The notes: generated by a model not told the origin, from the letters alone. 63,513 bases of DNA, filler included, from Intoshia linei (GCA_001642005.1; 4 parts of 4 records of this genome joined end to end with filler, not necessarily neighbours in it), one strand, 5' to 3'. Positions 12,501-26,892 are shown, counted from the whole stretch's first letter. Made by a program: numbers and translations.

Positions 12501-15500
12501 TATTTGTAGATAGCGTCCAATAATAAAGTATATTTTGTTATTCGTTGAACTACCATTTGTCGGCATTCATATAATGGAAAATGCTTAAATTTAGTTTTGT
12601 ATTTAGGATGTTCTATCTAATAAAATATATATTAATTTTATTATACCGACATTATATTTTGTAACGCATACAAAATGAAACTACAGCGATGTAGATATAG
12701 TGAGGGCTGATTTTTCCAAAAAGCGGGGGAAATTAAAAAAAAATTTTACCTCACGGATACAGTCACATTATTTTACCTCTGACGCAAAAAAGTTTCAAAA
12801 TATTTTGCGCCACTTTGGACAACTCTTAAAATTAACATAAAAATTACTTGTGAAATATATTTAGGATCGCGTTTTTTTTCTACAGATTTAAACAAACTTG
12901 ATAAATTTGTATTTAAAACCATCATTGAACCATACAATCCAATTAATCGACGTTTATTATCAGATAATAGCTATATTGAATATTAAACTATCGATTATTA
13001 AATTAAATTAACAATGATATAATTATAATTTAATGATTGGTGAAAACCGATTCGTGTTTTCGATTACGGTTTAAATCAGGTTTTCTTAATTTTATATGAA
13101 TTGTCTTATACGCAAATATAATGTATTATAAATATATATTATATTATTATTAATATATACGCAGTGATAGATACTAAAATTAGACTAACACCGAACCTCA
13201 ATTATTACATTACGGTGAAAAAATGTTAATTATACTATGATAATTTGAAGGTTTTGACTCAAAACCTTCAAAAATCTATTATAACGCATCATTATGCAAA
13301 AATAAAATTTTCCTTTACTTTGTATTATTGTAAAGTTCAATTAGTGCAAATATTATTATTACTTATGTTTCACTATTTACTTACTCTTACTAACAATTCT
13401 CTAGTTCATTTCTGTAAATATATTTAAAATCTAAAAATACAATGTACAATGTACTGTAAAAATTAAGTTTAAAGTGAAGTTGTTATGACCTGTTATCCTT
13501 TAATTTAATTTAATTATTACCCATTTATCTAATCCATCACATAAATTTTTCGTAAAATTGGACTTTAACAAAGGCTTCCTCTGATGTAAAAGTGATAAAA
13601 TTAATTTCGAGTGTATATTATACAACTCTCTATATGTATCAAACAATTCTTCAAATTGTTCAATATCTCCATAATGCTCTATTCGTTTATAATACACCTA
13701 ATATGAATAAATAATAAATAAAAACAAGTTTAATTTTACATATATACATTGCATAGTGTATAAACACAAGTTACCTCAGTTAGCAAGTACAAAACAGAAA
13801 CATAGTTGTATTCCGTGTTTAAGAATTCTATTATATATATTAATAATTTTCAATATAAAATAAATGTTAACTCAATTAATCAAAAACTTTGAACCAGGAC
13901 AAAATAAAAATGTTAAAAAAAATTAAATTATTTTAAATTTTTTTTATTTTAATTTTGGTTTTGGTGCATCTTGGGTGCACCAGTTGAAAAGCATTAGAAT
14001 AAACTAATAAAACCACCATATGAGTGTTAGCTGTTCTTGGATACTATACTATTTCAAAAATGCCATAAACTATTAAATATTGTGGATATTATACCTTCTA
14101 TTGCTTCATTGTATTTTTTATCACTTTTTTCAAAGTTATCACGTTCCTAAATAAATTATTACCGTATATAATTATTATATATCTATTACATTGACGGGAA
14201 TTTTTTCTATCCATAATTTTTGATCTTCAAACCACATGTCACATACATTGGACAATGTATTAGCATCTCTATCTATAATGTTATTTCAGAACTGTTTAAA
14301 GTTTATTAAACGTTTAAAATCTAACCCTCAGAATCTAAGGTTAGATTGTAACTGATTTTGTTAATTTTTGTTTCGGGAAATTTATACATCTAACTTTTAT
14401 TTTTAAATTTTTATAAATGAAATTAATTGATTTGATAATGACACTACAATACTCAAAAAACGATCTCACTAAAAAATATTACATGCTTTTATATATTTTT
14501 TAGTTAACATGTAAAAAAATGTTGAAAATCGTTTTAAAATTACTCAGAATTAAGTTAATTATTAATGTATAATACATATTATTAACGATTTATACACCGT
14601 ATTAACAAAATATAAGGTATTTAAATTTTTTTTTAAATATTTGATCAATGTTCCATACCTGAAATTATGGTTTTAACACTTTCTGACACAAAGAGTATAA
14701 CAAGAATTAAGCTATCTTTACAGTTGAAACCTTAAGAGAATTTTTTTTCGAAAATTAAAATTCAAAATTCAAAAGTTAATAAGATTGATTTTGAGATATT
14801 ACAAGTTGTAATTTATAAAGTAAATATCTAATAAATAATTTTATTACCTTTAAATGTGGTTTTTTTATCATCCAAATTTTGTAAATATTTCATCAATTTC
14901 TTATTATCATCATTTCGCATGCAGACTTTTATGTCATCATTTCTATATTTATAAATAACAAAATACTTGAATACAACAATTAATAACTAAATGTGTAGTT
15001 AAAATTTGCGATATATTTTTATATCAATACAATACATACTCAAGATCTTAAATGGTACAAAATAATCTTTAATTCTTCTGTATTTAAGGTTTATTTAGTA
15101 CTGATTAATTCAGTGATGAGGTCAAACCGGTTCGAAATTTCAAAAAAATGGACACTGAAAATATAAAATTTAATAAAAAATTATATTAAAGAGGTTTAAA
15201 GTATAAATAATGTATAATGAAACGTAGATCAATAAAAATTTACAAATAACTCATTTTATCATGGCCCTTCGGATACGGAATCATTCTGCGGTATATCTGG
15301 TGGTTGTAAAGATTTTGCAAGGTTGAATTCCAGCGATTTACCTCAATATGGACATATTCTCAATACACATAAAATAACCAAATACACATGGCAGGGACCA
15401 TGATCCGGGCTTACAATCATGAAGGGCCTAATATTTTAATTTATTAATAGGGAACGTAGGAAAATTTCTTAAATATGTCAAAGTTTTGATGACCAATGCG

Positions 15501-17656
15501 ATTCACAACTGTTATTTCCAATTTTTAGGCAATACCGATCGATTAAACAATATATAGACGTCCCAATTAAAAAAACACAATTACAGGGTGCACTTGAATC
15601 TTAAATCTTAAATTTGAACACACTACTGTGTATGAAAATTAGCCGAATTAATTTAAATTAATTTGAATGGCAGCTCTGTTAATGATACGTATACGATAAG
15701 TTATCAATGATAAGTAAGTTTGTTTTTTTGGTGATATGTTACATTTATTGAGTGTTTTTGGGAGATTAGTGCATTGATATATTCAAAGCTGTCTTAAGCC
15801 ACATCGTGGCCCTTGGCTAAGCAAAGGGCCGGAGGCCGTTTAAAGTTTTGAGCGAAGCGATAAAAAAATTTTAAGGCCCCTTTTCTGAAAATTAATAAGA
15901 GAAAATCAAAGATTTCCTACTTTTTTTTTTTTGAATATTCACTTAATAAAAAGGTTTTAATGTTTAATATTATCATTTGAAACAGTTTTTATGTCAATAT
16001 TATATGATAAACATTGTAGAATATATTTTAAATTGAATATTTACCAGAACTTTGATTCTTTAAACTATTTGAATTCCCACACTTCAAAACTGTTTCTTAA
16101 AATATAAATGTGAAGTATTTTTTAATAAATTGGGGCAATATTTTTAAGATATAAGTGTGAAGTACTTTTATTAATTTTGGGCCTTTTTTAATGAGTGACT
16201 CTGGGGTACAGCCCATATTGCCCATGCCTTAAAACGGCTCTGGATATATTGCCTTGTAAGAGTCTCATAAAACATATTCCTTAAAAGGGTTGTAGAGTCG
16301 GAATGAAAATAAGTGAGAAACACTAAGGTACAATTTGAAGTAACTGATGTAAACGGATATCGATCATTTCATAGATACCCATATGCTTATTTGTGACCGT
16401 ACATGTTTGTTTGTCGTTTTACGGGTCAAAATATAATTAAAACATTTATTTTTAAAAACTTAGTTAAATATACGTATATTTACATGTAATATTATACAAT
16501 ACATTAATACATGTACTTGAATATGATGCATTTACGTTTTTGGTCTTTATGATAAAATTTCTCAAAAAATACAAAAAGGCATTACACGACGTGTAATACA
16601 CGTATAAAAAATCAAACAAAATTATTAACAATTACATAGAGTATGATATTTAAAAAATCTCTTCAGCGATAATTAATACCTGTACTATTAAATAATATAT
16701 CAAACTATAAATCAGTGGTTTTCAAGATTTTTGTGTTCGCGACTTCCTTATAAACATAAAAAATTTTCGCGACCTAAAAATTTTCTATACACCCCAAACA
16801 TTATATAAATTAACATAAATAAAATAACTAAAAAAGCTTATTCAGTTTTATTTTGTATTTTAAATTGTGCTCACTCAGCACTGCTCAGTACAATTTATTA
16901 TTATAATTATAATAACTAAATTGAGTGAAGAAGAATATCTAAAATTGTAATACAGAATGTAAAAATATTTCCATAACATTATTACTGTCAATATTATATT
17001 AAAATAAAAAAATAAATAAATATATTAATAAAATTTTCAAATTCTCACGACTCCTTTGATAAATTTTACGACCCCTGGTTGAAAACCACTGCTATAAATG
17101 GTACTAGATATCATAATAATATAGGGTTTTATTGTACATGTATTAATAAATTACATATCAGGTAGAGATTTTCCAATGCTCTAAATATAAAATATGAAAA
17201 TATCAACCGAAATTAGTAATAAAAATAAATAACTAACCGATGATGTGTATGTAAGATTGTTACTAAGAATTTTAGAGTTTTTCTTTATATTATTTAAAGT
17301 ATTACGAACTAGGTAAAGTTTTATCAATATTATCGGTGTAATAATAATTATTATAATTAATCTAAAATTACGCGAATCACTTTGATCATTTAATCCCTAC
17401 GTAAAAAATATTAATAAAATTACAATTAACCAAATCTAACCTTGTTTTTATTGATACAATCTATATAAAATTTAAAAAAACAAAATTTAATGTTACTATT
17501 GCAAATAGCCTCAGCGTAAAAATTTGAAATTTTCAGGGATTTTTTGCAAAGCATACACGTTCGTTTACCATTATTCTTTTAAAAATTAAAAATATAAATG
17601 TTAAATTTTACAGTTTGTTTCTTTTTGTTGTCCTTTGCTTTGGGTTCTTTTGACAT
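3540..17656 (-). CDS. Lbc/GEF-H1/p114-family Rho guanine nucleotide exchange factor (C1-like, DH, PH, long low-complexity C-terminus), multi-exon
   Basis: Spliced exons give the DH start EAIE|EFLNTEYNYVSVLYLLTE|VYYKRI (about 14146-14097, 13827-13775, 13697-13521) and the DH signature ECRQMVVQRITKYTLLL (about 12585-12493). PH segments are VTFTTMIIFFVQKEQVYSFANL and KPITYELLFDRLVVLRKW (about 8730-8340). A Cys-rich exon CMLCKKSL...AICN lies at about 17576-17498, and the terminal exon is ORF 3540-4712. Linkage of the far 5' and 3' exons is inferred. Confidence 0.8.
4905..5130. repeat. Tandem minisatellite (about 54/108-bp unit) of a dispersed repeat family
   Basis: aaaatatttgaaaaacgggatcttcccttaaaggttggtaaaattggattttt occurs twice exactly, plus a degenerate copy. 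Related arrays lie at about 36470-36610 and, inverted, at about 22690-22900, 24780-24920 and 38020-38261. Confidence 0.8.
6712..7075 (+). mobile_element. Helitron-like family 3' end, with iterated terminal segments
   Basis: Matches 3015-3217. The motif ctcggcagagctagg occurs three times (about 6860, 6928, 7026), and the last copy ends in hairpin + CTAG|T at 7075. Confidence 0.75.
11090..12424 (+). mobile_element. Helitron-like family copy (5' boundary approximate; includes an inverted piece at about 11090-11530)
   Basis: 11640-12424 is collinear with 2540-3217 and ends in the same hairpin + CTAG. Confidence 0.7.
15784..16242. mobile_element. hAT-type MITE
   Basis: Imperfect TIR caaagctgtcttaagcc / gccttaaaacggctctg, flanked by a perfect 8-bp TSD GATATATT (15776-15783 and 16243-16250). 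Confidence 0.8.
16713..17091. mobile_element. hAT (Charlie/Buster-like) MITE
   Basis: Perfect 13-bp TIR CAGTGGTTTTCAA / TTGAAAACCACTG and a perfect 8-bp TSD CTATAAAT (16705-16712 and 17092-17099). Confidence 0.92.
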
Positions 17657-20031
17657 TAAAAATTTTATTTACGAGCTTAGAAATGATTATACGTTGTATG
17701 TTGGAAATAGTTTAAATATATCTGAAATAACATTACAATGCAAATAATGTAATTTATCAGGTGTTCAAACAAACTTGAAATGGATGGATACAAAAATCAA
17801 ATTTTTATAAAATTTATTACAGTATTGCAAGTTTATTTGTAAAATATTTATTTATATTTTTACAAATTTTACTTGATATAATGGTATTTTGAATATACTA
17901 AATTTGTTTCAAATGACGTCAAAATGATACAATCTCATTTCTTGGTACATATTCTAAGTCGTCATCTATTGAATGTAAAACCTAAAAGTATTTACAATAT
18001 TTGTATAATGTAAATATATAAAATATATACCAGGAAAGAGAGAAACAACGAAATTGCGGATAAAAAATGCCACACATCGTGAGGGTCGTAAAAATTAAGA
18101 AGTATACATTCATGGTTATATCCCCTAGAATCAGCCGGTGGTATCTACATTTTTATTATTTTTTTAAAAAATATTCTAAAATATTAAATACATTATTGTA
18201 AATTATTTTTAACTTTTATATAAATATTTTATCTAATGATTGTTTATTATAATAAACTGATACATAAATTGTAGTAAACACATAAAATTGTAAATCAGAA
18301 TATAATGTATACTTACCATGTATTACAATTGTAACATCATCTCGAAAAAAGGTAAAAATTACCAAAATGTTTTAATTAAAAACTTTTAAACTCTCAACAT
18401 TTTTAATTTAATTATCCACGATTGATAAAATCACTAATTATTATCACCGTCTAAAATTACCTTCCATATAATTACTTTTTGTATAAAAAAGTAAAAAGAA
18501 AAACCCCAACTAATACACGCCAACAAAGAAACCAAAATTGGTAAGATTAACAATTTTTCTCCGCAATATAGCTAAAACATTATTAAATATATCAATACAG
18601 TTCAACATGCATAACCGTGCTACCAAAGTACAGAGCGCGAACCAGTGCCAAACTGTGATTGAAAATTATGAGCCCACGAATTTTTTTAAAAGTAAAACTA
18701 AAATTCTAACCACAATTAGAGCACCCATCTCAAATATCAATCTTATATTTGAACCTCTACTAAAACGAAACATGAAATATAACATTGAATTTTTTTATTA
18801 TTAAAGTTGAAACCCGCGTGTCAAACGCTTAATCATGAATCGGTGTATTATTATGCATAAAATAAAATTTAACGATATTGATTCCCTCTTCTGTTTATCC
18901 ACGAAAAAATGTAGTAATTAAAAAATTTAAGTATTTCAGAACTAACTCAGAATGTTACGCTGTCATCTAATTGATAAGTTAAATTAAAGCTTTTTTTCAG
19001 TGCCAAATCTGCACGAGTAAAAAATGGTGTTTCACCATTCCCAAATATTGATACGAAAAAATATTTAATGATGCAGACCACTGTAAGTTATTAGTAAAAA
19101 ATAAATTTTAAACTGTTAATAAAAGTCTATATACAAAACAGATTCTACATGTAAATTTTTTTAATCTTAAAATCCATTTGTAAAAAAATTAAAAAAGCCT
19201 CACCAGTCGCGACACCCTAGTATACCCGCCACTTAATTTGGCAAACACGGTATTATCATACCTTATTCCATATAATAAATTATACCTTCATGAAAACATA
19301 CAGCAGTGTATACATCATTGTATTTGATATGACGATAGCTACAAGGTAAGAACTGAAATCATATGGTTGATAAATAATTCCAAAAATATCACTAAAAATT
19401 GAATAAAATTTATAGACAACTTACTATAAAACATTGATGACTGCTCCAAAGCTAACTATCAAGAATCTGGGCTAAAATAATAAATAAGTTACGCAGCGAT
19501 TAAAAAAATTGTGCGCAAATAGATGCAGATATTATTTTATTCTATAAACCTTGCATGTATATTATTCGTTGAACCATCTGTTTTCATTATAATGATAATT
19601 ATAATTATCCACAAAAAATTTTTTTAATCTTAATATTATCAAAAAATCAATTTTAAGCCAATGAAATGGATAAAACCATTCAGTTCAAAAATAATGAGCC
19701 ATTTTAATAAACTGTAAAAGTAAATTTTCCTCTAAATGCATTTTTCAGTTAGGATTTGGATAAAGAAGATACATATAATTGATTTTTTCCCATTTTGATA
19801 AAAGTGAATGAATATCATTAGATTTAGTAAAGTAAAACTATCATTATCCGCATAAATATTACTATAATCCAGGAACGCCAAAATATTTTGCTGTAAAGTC
19901 CAGGGATGTATAGAGTGCTAGGAGCTATATAACGGAAGTCTGATCATTACTGGCCTATCATTCGGAATGAATAGATATCTTTCGTATTATTAAAATTTTT
20001 CGAATTGTGGGGCAATTTTTTTTCAATAGGG

Positions 20032-20387
20032 CATTGGTTCTTAACATTTTTTGACCTATGCACCCCCAAATATTGATCTTAATAATTGTGCACCCCTGAT
20101 TAAAAATCAATTAATACAATATTAATTATAAATAAAATGTTAACTAGTTACTTAAATTAAAACGGATACAATTTAAGAATTAAAGCTGATTTGGTCATAA
20201 TAATAGTCGTCGAGATCCAACAGTAAACCCGGGCTCGATGGAAAGTATAAGCCCTTATAAAATTTTTTTTAAAATTAGACCTCTATACATTAATTAATCA
20301 AACGTTCATTATCTACAAATTAAAAATAACCATTGGAAATCGCATTAATTATCGAAATTATGATATACTTAAGAAATTTTTCATCAA
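20032..20387 (+). mobile_element. hAT-type composite MITE, truncated by the contig end
   Basis: Begins cattggttcttaac (CAGTGGTTCTTAAC-like) and is nearly identical to 26893-27219. Confidence 0.8.
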
Positions 20388-20487
20388 NNNNNNNNNNNNN
20401 NNNNNNNNNNNNNNNNNNNNNNNNNNNNNNNTTAATTAATTAANNNNNNNNNNNNNNNNNNNNNNNNNNNNNNNNNNNNNNNNNNNN
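20388..20487. other. Artificial contig linker (44 N + TTAATTAATTAA + 44 N)
   Basis: The same 100-nt structure occurs three times. TTAATTAATTAA provides stops in all six frames. Confidence 0.97.
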
Positions 20488-21579
20488 ATATTAATATATA
20501 AATATTTATTTTTCAAAAAAATTTATATTTATGAAAAAAGAATTTATATTGTTGAAAAATAAATTTACATTTATGAGAAACTCTGTAAATAATCTTGATG
20601 ACTGTCTTTTTTCAACAGCATTTTGATGGGGTATCTAGCCATTTTTAATATTGCAGTGATCTCGCTCTATACATTGAGAAATTTGAAGAGTAATATTTCC
20701 TTTTGCTAATAAATGGGTATTTCATTTTTTATTTTATTAAAAAATAATGATACATACATAGTATATGATATATGTATGTTTAATATAAACTTTTTGACCG
20801 TACCCTCTCCTCTTTGACCTCTTCTTGAACCAGCGAGGTAAAGATGATCTGCAAAACCAATTTTTTATTTAATTTTAGTAATGTAGAACTGTATAAAATT
20901 AGTAAAAAATATGTGCCACGCATATTTAAATGAATTATTACATTAGATCTATACATTGTCTAATTTTATGAATTATTCGTTAACGGATCCAAGAAGATAC
21001 ACATTCCTCGTATAAGATTTAACAATTTTATATTTGCGTTTAAATATTGGGTATTCAGGCAATTTTGTAAACCCTAAACTATTTTTTTCTCAGTACAACC
21101 AGACGCATGTGAAAAAAAATTGTGTTTAATATATTGGAAAAATAATCATTTCTAATTCGTCCTAAATAGCAGTGTATTACTGTACAATATATTGATTCTC
21201 ACCTTGTCGTAGAGCGGTGGATTTCAACATGTGTTACGCAATATTTTGAATGTAAAAAATAAATTATAAAACCCATATATTTAATTTTTTAGTATATTTA
21301 AATTTTAATACGTCCATAGTCTGGACTTTATACAGACAAATCAAATTTTTTGATTTTTTTAAAAACTCGGGCTAAACTAAATATTCAAAGACGTAGGGTT
21401 AGGTTTATAAAAATACTGGTTCCTGTTCATTCTTTTAACTTTGTAAATATTTAAAGTTGTGTCTCTAATCAAAACCCTTGAAAATTCAATTATAATCAGT
21501 ATTTAATAAAATTAACACGGAATTTTTATATTTCACTGAAAAAACTTGTTAATTAATTTTATTAATAAAATTAATTTAG

Positions 21580-21845
21580 GATCTGGACTAGCGTCAATGT
21601 GTGGAAGAATTGGAGGAATAATTTATCCATATATCAATTATTTATCAAAAATACAAATACCAATAGTGAATGATCAATTGCCGTTAATAATTTTTGGAAT
21701 AATGTCTCTAGTTGCAACTGTTTTTGTTATACCTCTACCAGAAACTAATAATAATCCTCTCCCAATTACTATTGATGACGTGGAAAATTATTCTGAATTT
21801 TGTAAAAATAGCCATATAAATTCAAAGGAATCTAATCCATTATAA
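21580..21845 (+). CDS. Organic cation/anion transporter (SLC22, MFS), terminal exon only
   Basis: GSGLASMCGRIGGIIYPYI...LPLIIFGIMSLVATVFVIPLPETNNNPLPITIDDVE matches SLC22 TM11-TM12 and the LPET...LP.TI.D.E tail. It is preceded by a TTTAG acceptor. Upstream exons were not found in this contig. Confidence 0.9.
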
Positions 21846-22649
21846 ATTTATTTGTACTTTTTATAATTGTGTCTAATTATTTTAGTTGGCTTAATCATAT
21901 TTCATTAAACGTTATATTTCTGTAAATTTATTGATTTTATCTCAAAAATAGTTTCAAATTGTATAAAATAGTATAAAGTTTATAATTAACAAGAAAAACA
22001 TCATAAAACAAATGGATTCCATGAGTAAACAAGGTTTATTTGCTTATTGAAAACTACAAGCTTTGTTCTATAGACCAGTGGCCACCAAACTTTTTGACAT
22101 GGACCGTAATAACTAAAATAAAATCCACGGGTCATATGGAAAATATATATGACGGTATTTTAAATTACGATTTAAAATTTAAGTTAATTAATTAATAAGT
22201 TTCTCATGATCTAGAAATGACAATGCGATAGTATCGATCTAATCCAAGAGTGCACAACCTTTCCACCAATTCAGCCACAATGCTACTTTTCTCATTGGTG
22301 CCTCGGCCGCACAAATTTTACATAATTAAATAAAATTAAATAATGTGGCGCAAAAAGATTACACTTATTACAGGCAATTTACTGTAATCGTTAACTATTT
22401 GTAAAGAGAACAAATCCATAATTTGAAGCATGATTTGTATTAATGTAGATAGATTTTCAATTAGAGACAAATGCTTAAAAAAATTAAGTTGTTGTTAATC
22501 AAGATAATTAAAAAATAATTTTTTTTACTTCAAAACTATATTTTTAGTGAAGAATTATCAAACACGGTTTTTCTCTTGAACCTTGGATACAAGTATATTT
22601 TTTTAAATATTGATAAAAATGTTATTTTTTTAATTATATCTTGTATATA

Positions 22650-23300
22650 CAGTTTAAATCCTTATTAACGGAATTGAAAATTTAGAAATTGATAATTTAT
22701 ATAAGAAAAATCTCTTATTCCAACCCCAACATCAAACTCCAATATTATTTTGAAAAATCCGATTTTACTAAATCTTATGAGCAACAACTTCATAATCCAA
22801 CACTCAAAACAAAAAAGGAAATTTTGCCAACCCTCAATAAAAAAATCCACTTTTTCCATATTTTTTTTGAAAAACACGATTTTACTACATCCTAACATGA
22901 AAAACCTTTAATTTTTTAATCTATGTATTATATTTCATGTTTTCCTTAAGTCTCGAAAATAAATATTTTGGAATGGGGTCCAAATTTTTGTTCACTATTT
23001 GAACCGGGAACCACTGCATTAAAACAATGAAAAAAAAGAAAATATTTTGATTTTCATTCCACTTAACCTATATTTGCAGGTCATTTCATTCCATATAATT
23101 AATAATTAACCATTATTATTATTAATCAAGACGAAAATAAAATGTTTTATGTATCTATTGCTTTTAATTTGAACCCAAAAATCATTAGTATAATTATGAT
23201 GTTAGTCATTTTAAGTTAAAATTTAACCAAATTTTTGTACTTAATAAAAATTCACAGTCCGTTAATCAGGAATTTTTTCCGTTAAATAGGAATTAGACTG
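22650..23300. mobile_element. Tc1/pogo-type MITE with nested repeats
   Basis: TA|CAGTTTAAATCCTTATTAACGGAA ... TTCCGTTAAATAGGAATTAGACTG|TA: imperfect TIR of about 24 bp with TA flanks. A related copy lies at about 52605-52784. Confidence 0.7.
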
Positions 23301-24022
23301 TATTTATATTAAAATAAATTTTTAGGTAAAATTAAAATAGTCCGCCCTCAGCATTAGTCACTATTTTTAAGATGTACAAAACACTCAAGCTAGTCCCTAA
23401 ATAAACAGATACTTTTTATTGATATCAAACACACTTGGTATTACTTTGAACAATGCGTATGAATAAGTGAATAATTTTGTAAACGTTTGAAACTTAATAC
23501 ATTGTTTACATGTTTAAGTAATTAATATTAAATGTACAAGTTCCTAAATATTCTTAAAATGTAATGCTACGCAATAACATTTGACACAATACATTTGTAC
23601 TAAAATTTCGTCTTTCAAAAAGAAATGGGTTTAATTGAATTTAATGATGCAAATATAAAGCACAAATTTTGTTAATACTGAAGAGATTAATTTCCGCATT
23701 GATAAATTAACATTTATTTATTTATTAACTACAATTGTAATTAAAAAACGGTTACACGTCAAATACAATTTTATTTAACAAGATTGACATAGATTTAAAA
23801 ATAATTGGGTCGTATAACGTACTTTGAATATACATTATGTTTATGTTCATACCTACATTCAATCAACATTTTTAACTTATCACAATTTACTTAAAAGTTA
23901 TTATAATGGAAAGGTTTGTTATGAGTCTATAGTTACTTTTGTCTAAATGAGAGGATACAAATTAAATCTAAAATAATTTATAACGATACAAAACAGATTA
24001 TTGACATAACAAATACTTGGAT

Positions 24023-25870
24023 ATGGGATCGAATGATACAGGTACATATCAAATTTTATAAATTGATGATTAGATATATGTTGTACATAATACACTATCA
24101 CTTTTGTAGTGAATTATATACATTATGAAGTAGATTATCTAGTGGAAATTTAATTTTATTAATTATTATTAATTTATAGGCGAACCTACAAAATTTGACC
24201 CAAATTTTAAAGGTCCACTTAAAAATAGGTAATTTAAGACTTAAAATATTTATATTTGAATCAACGTTAAGATCATGTACAGATATAATTTTCCTTATTC
24301 TATTCATCGTTGGCATAGTGGGAATGGGCTTTGTAGCAGTATTAGGTAAATATACAATACATTATATTCAATTAATATAATTCATTTTAGCTTTTGTGAG
24401 AGGCGACCCTACCAAATTGATCTACCCAACAGATTCCAATGGAAATATATGTGGAACTGGCAATTATGCGTAATAATTCGTCTTCTAGAAATGTATCATA
24501 AACGTTTAGATCACGGCCATACCTGTTTTACTTTTCATTATTGGACTGTGCAACAGTGGGACCATCTGTATTAGTTACAGGATGTCCAACACCGACGGTA
24601 ATACTGCATAATAACAAAAGTACACAGCACTAATCAAAAATAGTTTATAAAAGTGATGAGGACCACTGATAATTTCATAAATGTTATAAATAAGAATTAT
24701 TTTAACGTTTATTGTATAAATACTTGTACTTGTTAGAAATATTCAAATTCTAGATAAAACCTCTTAATACAACTATAAAATAAAAAATCCCATTTTACCA
24801 ACCATTAAACCTTAACTTAAGGGAAAAATTTTTTTCCGATATGTTTTTGAAAAATTCGATTTTACTAAATCTTACGAGAAAAAACTATTAAACCAAACTT
24901 AAAATAAAAAACTAATTTTAACCTACTAAGTAAAAAGTGAAACTCACAAGCGTCTTTGTATTCGGTTTACATTTTTAAATCTAGTCATTTAAACCAATGA
25001 TATATGGGTAGTCTAAAAACATGACAAGTGAGGACCAAAAATTACATTTTACAAATTTCGCGGGCCGCAACATTAAAAAAATTATAAACAATTATTTCAT
25101 CATTCCTTGCCTCTTAGTTTTTTCTCTTACTTCAATTTAAAAAACATTTTCTTCCCTTGACCTCCTTATTTACTCATAAATATTTATTAAATTATTTACA
25201 TGATTTTCAAAATAGATTACTAAACAATTTCGCGGGTCAAATAATTTGATTGGCGGGTCGCATCCCATCCGTAGGTCACGTTTTGGACTACCTTCATTTA
25301 TACATCAAAAAATTTGCTGGTACCAGCAAATTGACCACCCTTGATCGTAATTAATATTCATTTAACGATATTTCTGAAATCGTGTAAAATTGGTGTGCGC
25401 ACAGAAATCAAAATTAATTCACAAAATGTCGAATTTCTAGGATTTCGCATAATATACATTATTAAATGTATGAGATATTCAATTAACTAAGTTACTTTTC
25501 TCAGTCAATTTTAGAGAAACTAGAGTAATATATTTCACCAATGATTAGAGGGTTTTTATGATCATTTTATCAAATTTAAGTAAATTTTATAGGTTAAACC
25601 CCTTTTAAAAATTCGGCCTAAATACAATTAATTACAAATAATTATATATGGTTTACTTTACCAATTAATAATACACAACTCTATACAAATCTATAATAAT
25701 ACTTTTGTGTATTTTTTATTCATTTTATATAGGTATGCATTGAAAAATGTCCAACAATTACATTTGTTTATTCTGTTCAACAAGCAAAAGAAGCTTCTAA
25801 AATAAGTACCGCTAGTGGAAGAACTAATTTTATCTGCATCGATGGTTTTGATCCACTCACTTCATCACTC
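24023..25870 (+). CDS. Choline transporter-like protein (SLC44/CTL2-4-5 type), first six exons; truncated at the contig end
   Basis: MGSNDTG|EPTKFDPNFKGPLKNR|SCTDIIFLILFIVGIVGMGFVAVL|AFVRGDPTKLIYPTDSNGNICG...|RPYLFYFSLLDCA...CPTPT|VCIEKCP carries the CTL N-terminal motifs. Introns are canonical GT-AG. Confidence 0.95.
25007..25292. mobile_element. hAT-type MITE (degenerate)
   Basis: TIR-like ggtagtctaaaa / ttttggactacc with subterminal cgcgggccgc motifs. A related inverted copy starts at 30613 (cagggtggtccaaagcgtgacccgcgggccgc). Confidence 0.55.
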
Positions 25871-25923
25871 GTATTTATTATTATGTAGTATTATCGTGTT
25901 AGAGTCTTGGACATGGTTTAGAT

Positions 25924-26565
25924 GAGGGGTTCCCAAAGTGGGTGATATCGCCCCCAGGGAGCGATTAATTCAGTTAGGGGCGATTGGGGGGGCGATTATA
26001 AAAACATAAATAGAAATTGTTTTTAATATATTTCAGTATAGTAAAATTGATGCGGTACCAAATTTAAAATATAATTCCATGTCAAAGTTCATTGATTGTT
26101 TTATTATAACATTTTAATTATTAATTACATACATTTATAACACATGTTTTATTCAAAAATTATAAAATTTTATTATAAAATAAATTATATATTCTATTTA
26201 CAAGTTGTTTTATATTTTTTTTGTACTTTATTTATTTATAGAATATACAGTTTTGTTCAAACAATTTGTAAAGTGCAAAAACATATATAAACACTGTATA
26301 CCCAAAAATGATTTTAGATGGATAGAGTGGAGCGTTGATGAATTTTTTGGTTGTAAGGGGATATTTTTATAGCAAGTTTGGGATCTACTGATATAAAAAG
26401 TGACAGTAATAAATATATTATTTTTTAATTATTAAATATCGACTTTGCACATAATGAGTAAATTTTTAAATATATATACGACGTAGTCGAAAAATTTTTT
26501 AGGAGCGTTGAAAAAATATATTGCTAAAAAGGGGGCGGTAGGAAAAATGAGTTTGGGAACCTCTG
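25924..26565. mobile_element. hAT-type MITE
   Basis: TIR (g)aggggttcccaaa / tttgggaacctctg, with a near-TSD gtttagat / gtttacac (6 of 8 match). Confidence 0.75.
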
Positions 26566-26892
26566 GTTTACACTATGCTTTAAATGAAATTTGAACCGGT
26601 CATTAACTTGAAATTTGTGCATTTGAAAAAAAATATGTATTTTTCAATATCATACTTGTTTTGTGTGTCAAATTTAAACTGTCGAGTCTAGACTCTAGAC
26701 CAGGGGTTCTCAACGGTGGGCGATTTTTCTATTTTTTTTTTATTAACAACAAATAATCTCTAAAAAGAGTTAATAAATTATACATTTGCCAAAATCTTGA
26801 CATTAATACAATTTTCTGATAGTTAATTTATTAATTAATATATATTTAAGAGTACATTATAAATTATTTTAACACTCCTCCAATGTCTAAGA

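Noticed and set aside
18538-19082. ORF 18538-18804 and an AG/GT-bounded open segment 19001-19082 on +
   Set aside because: No homology recognised and no consistent multi-exon model.
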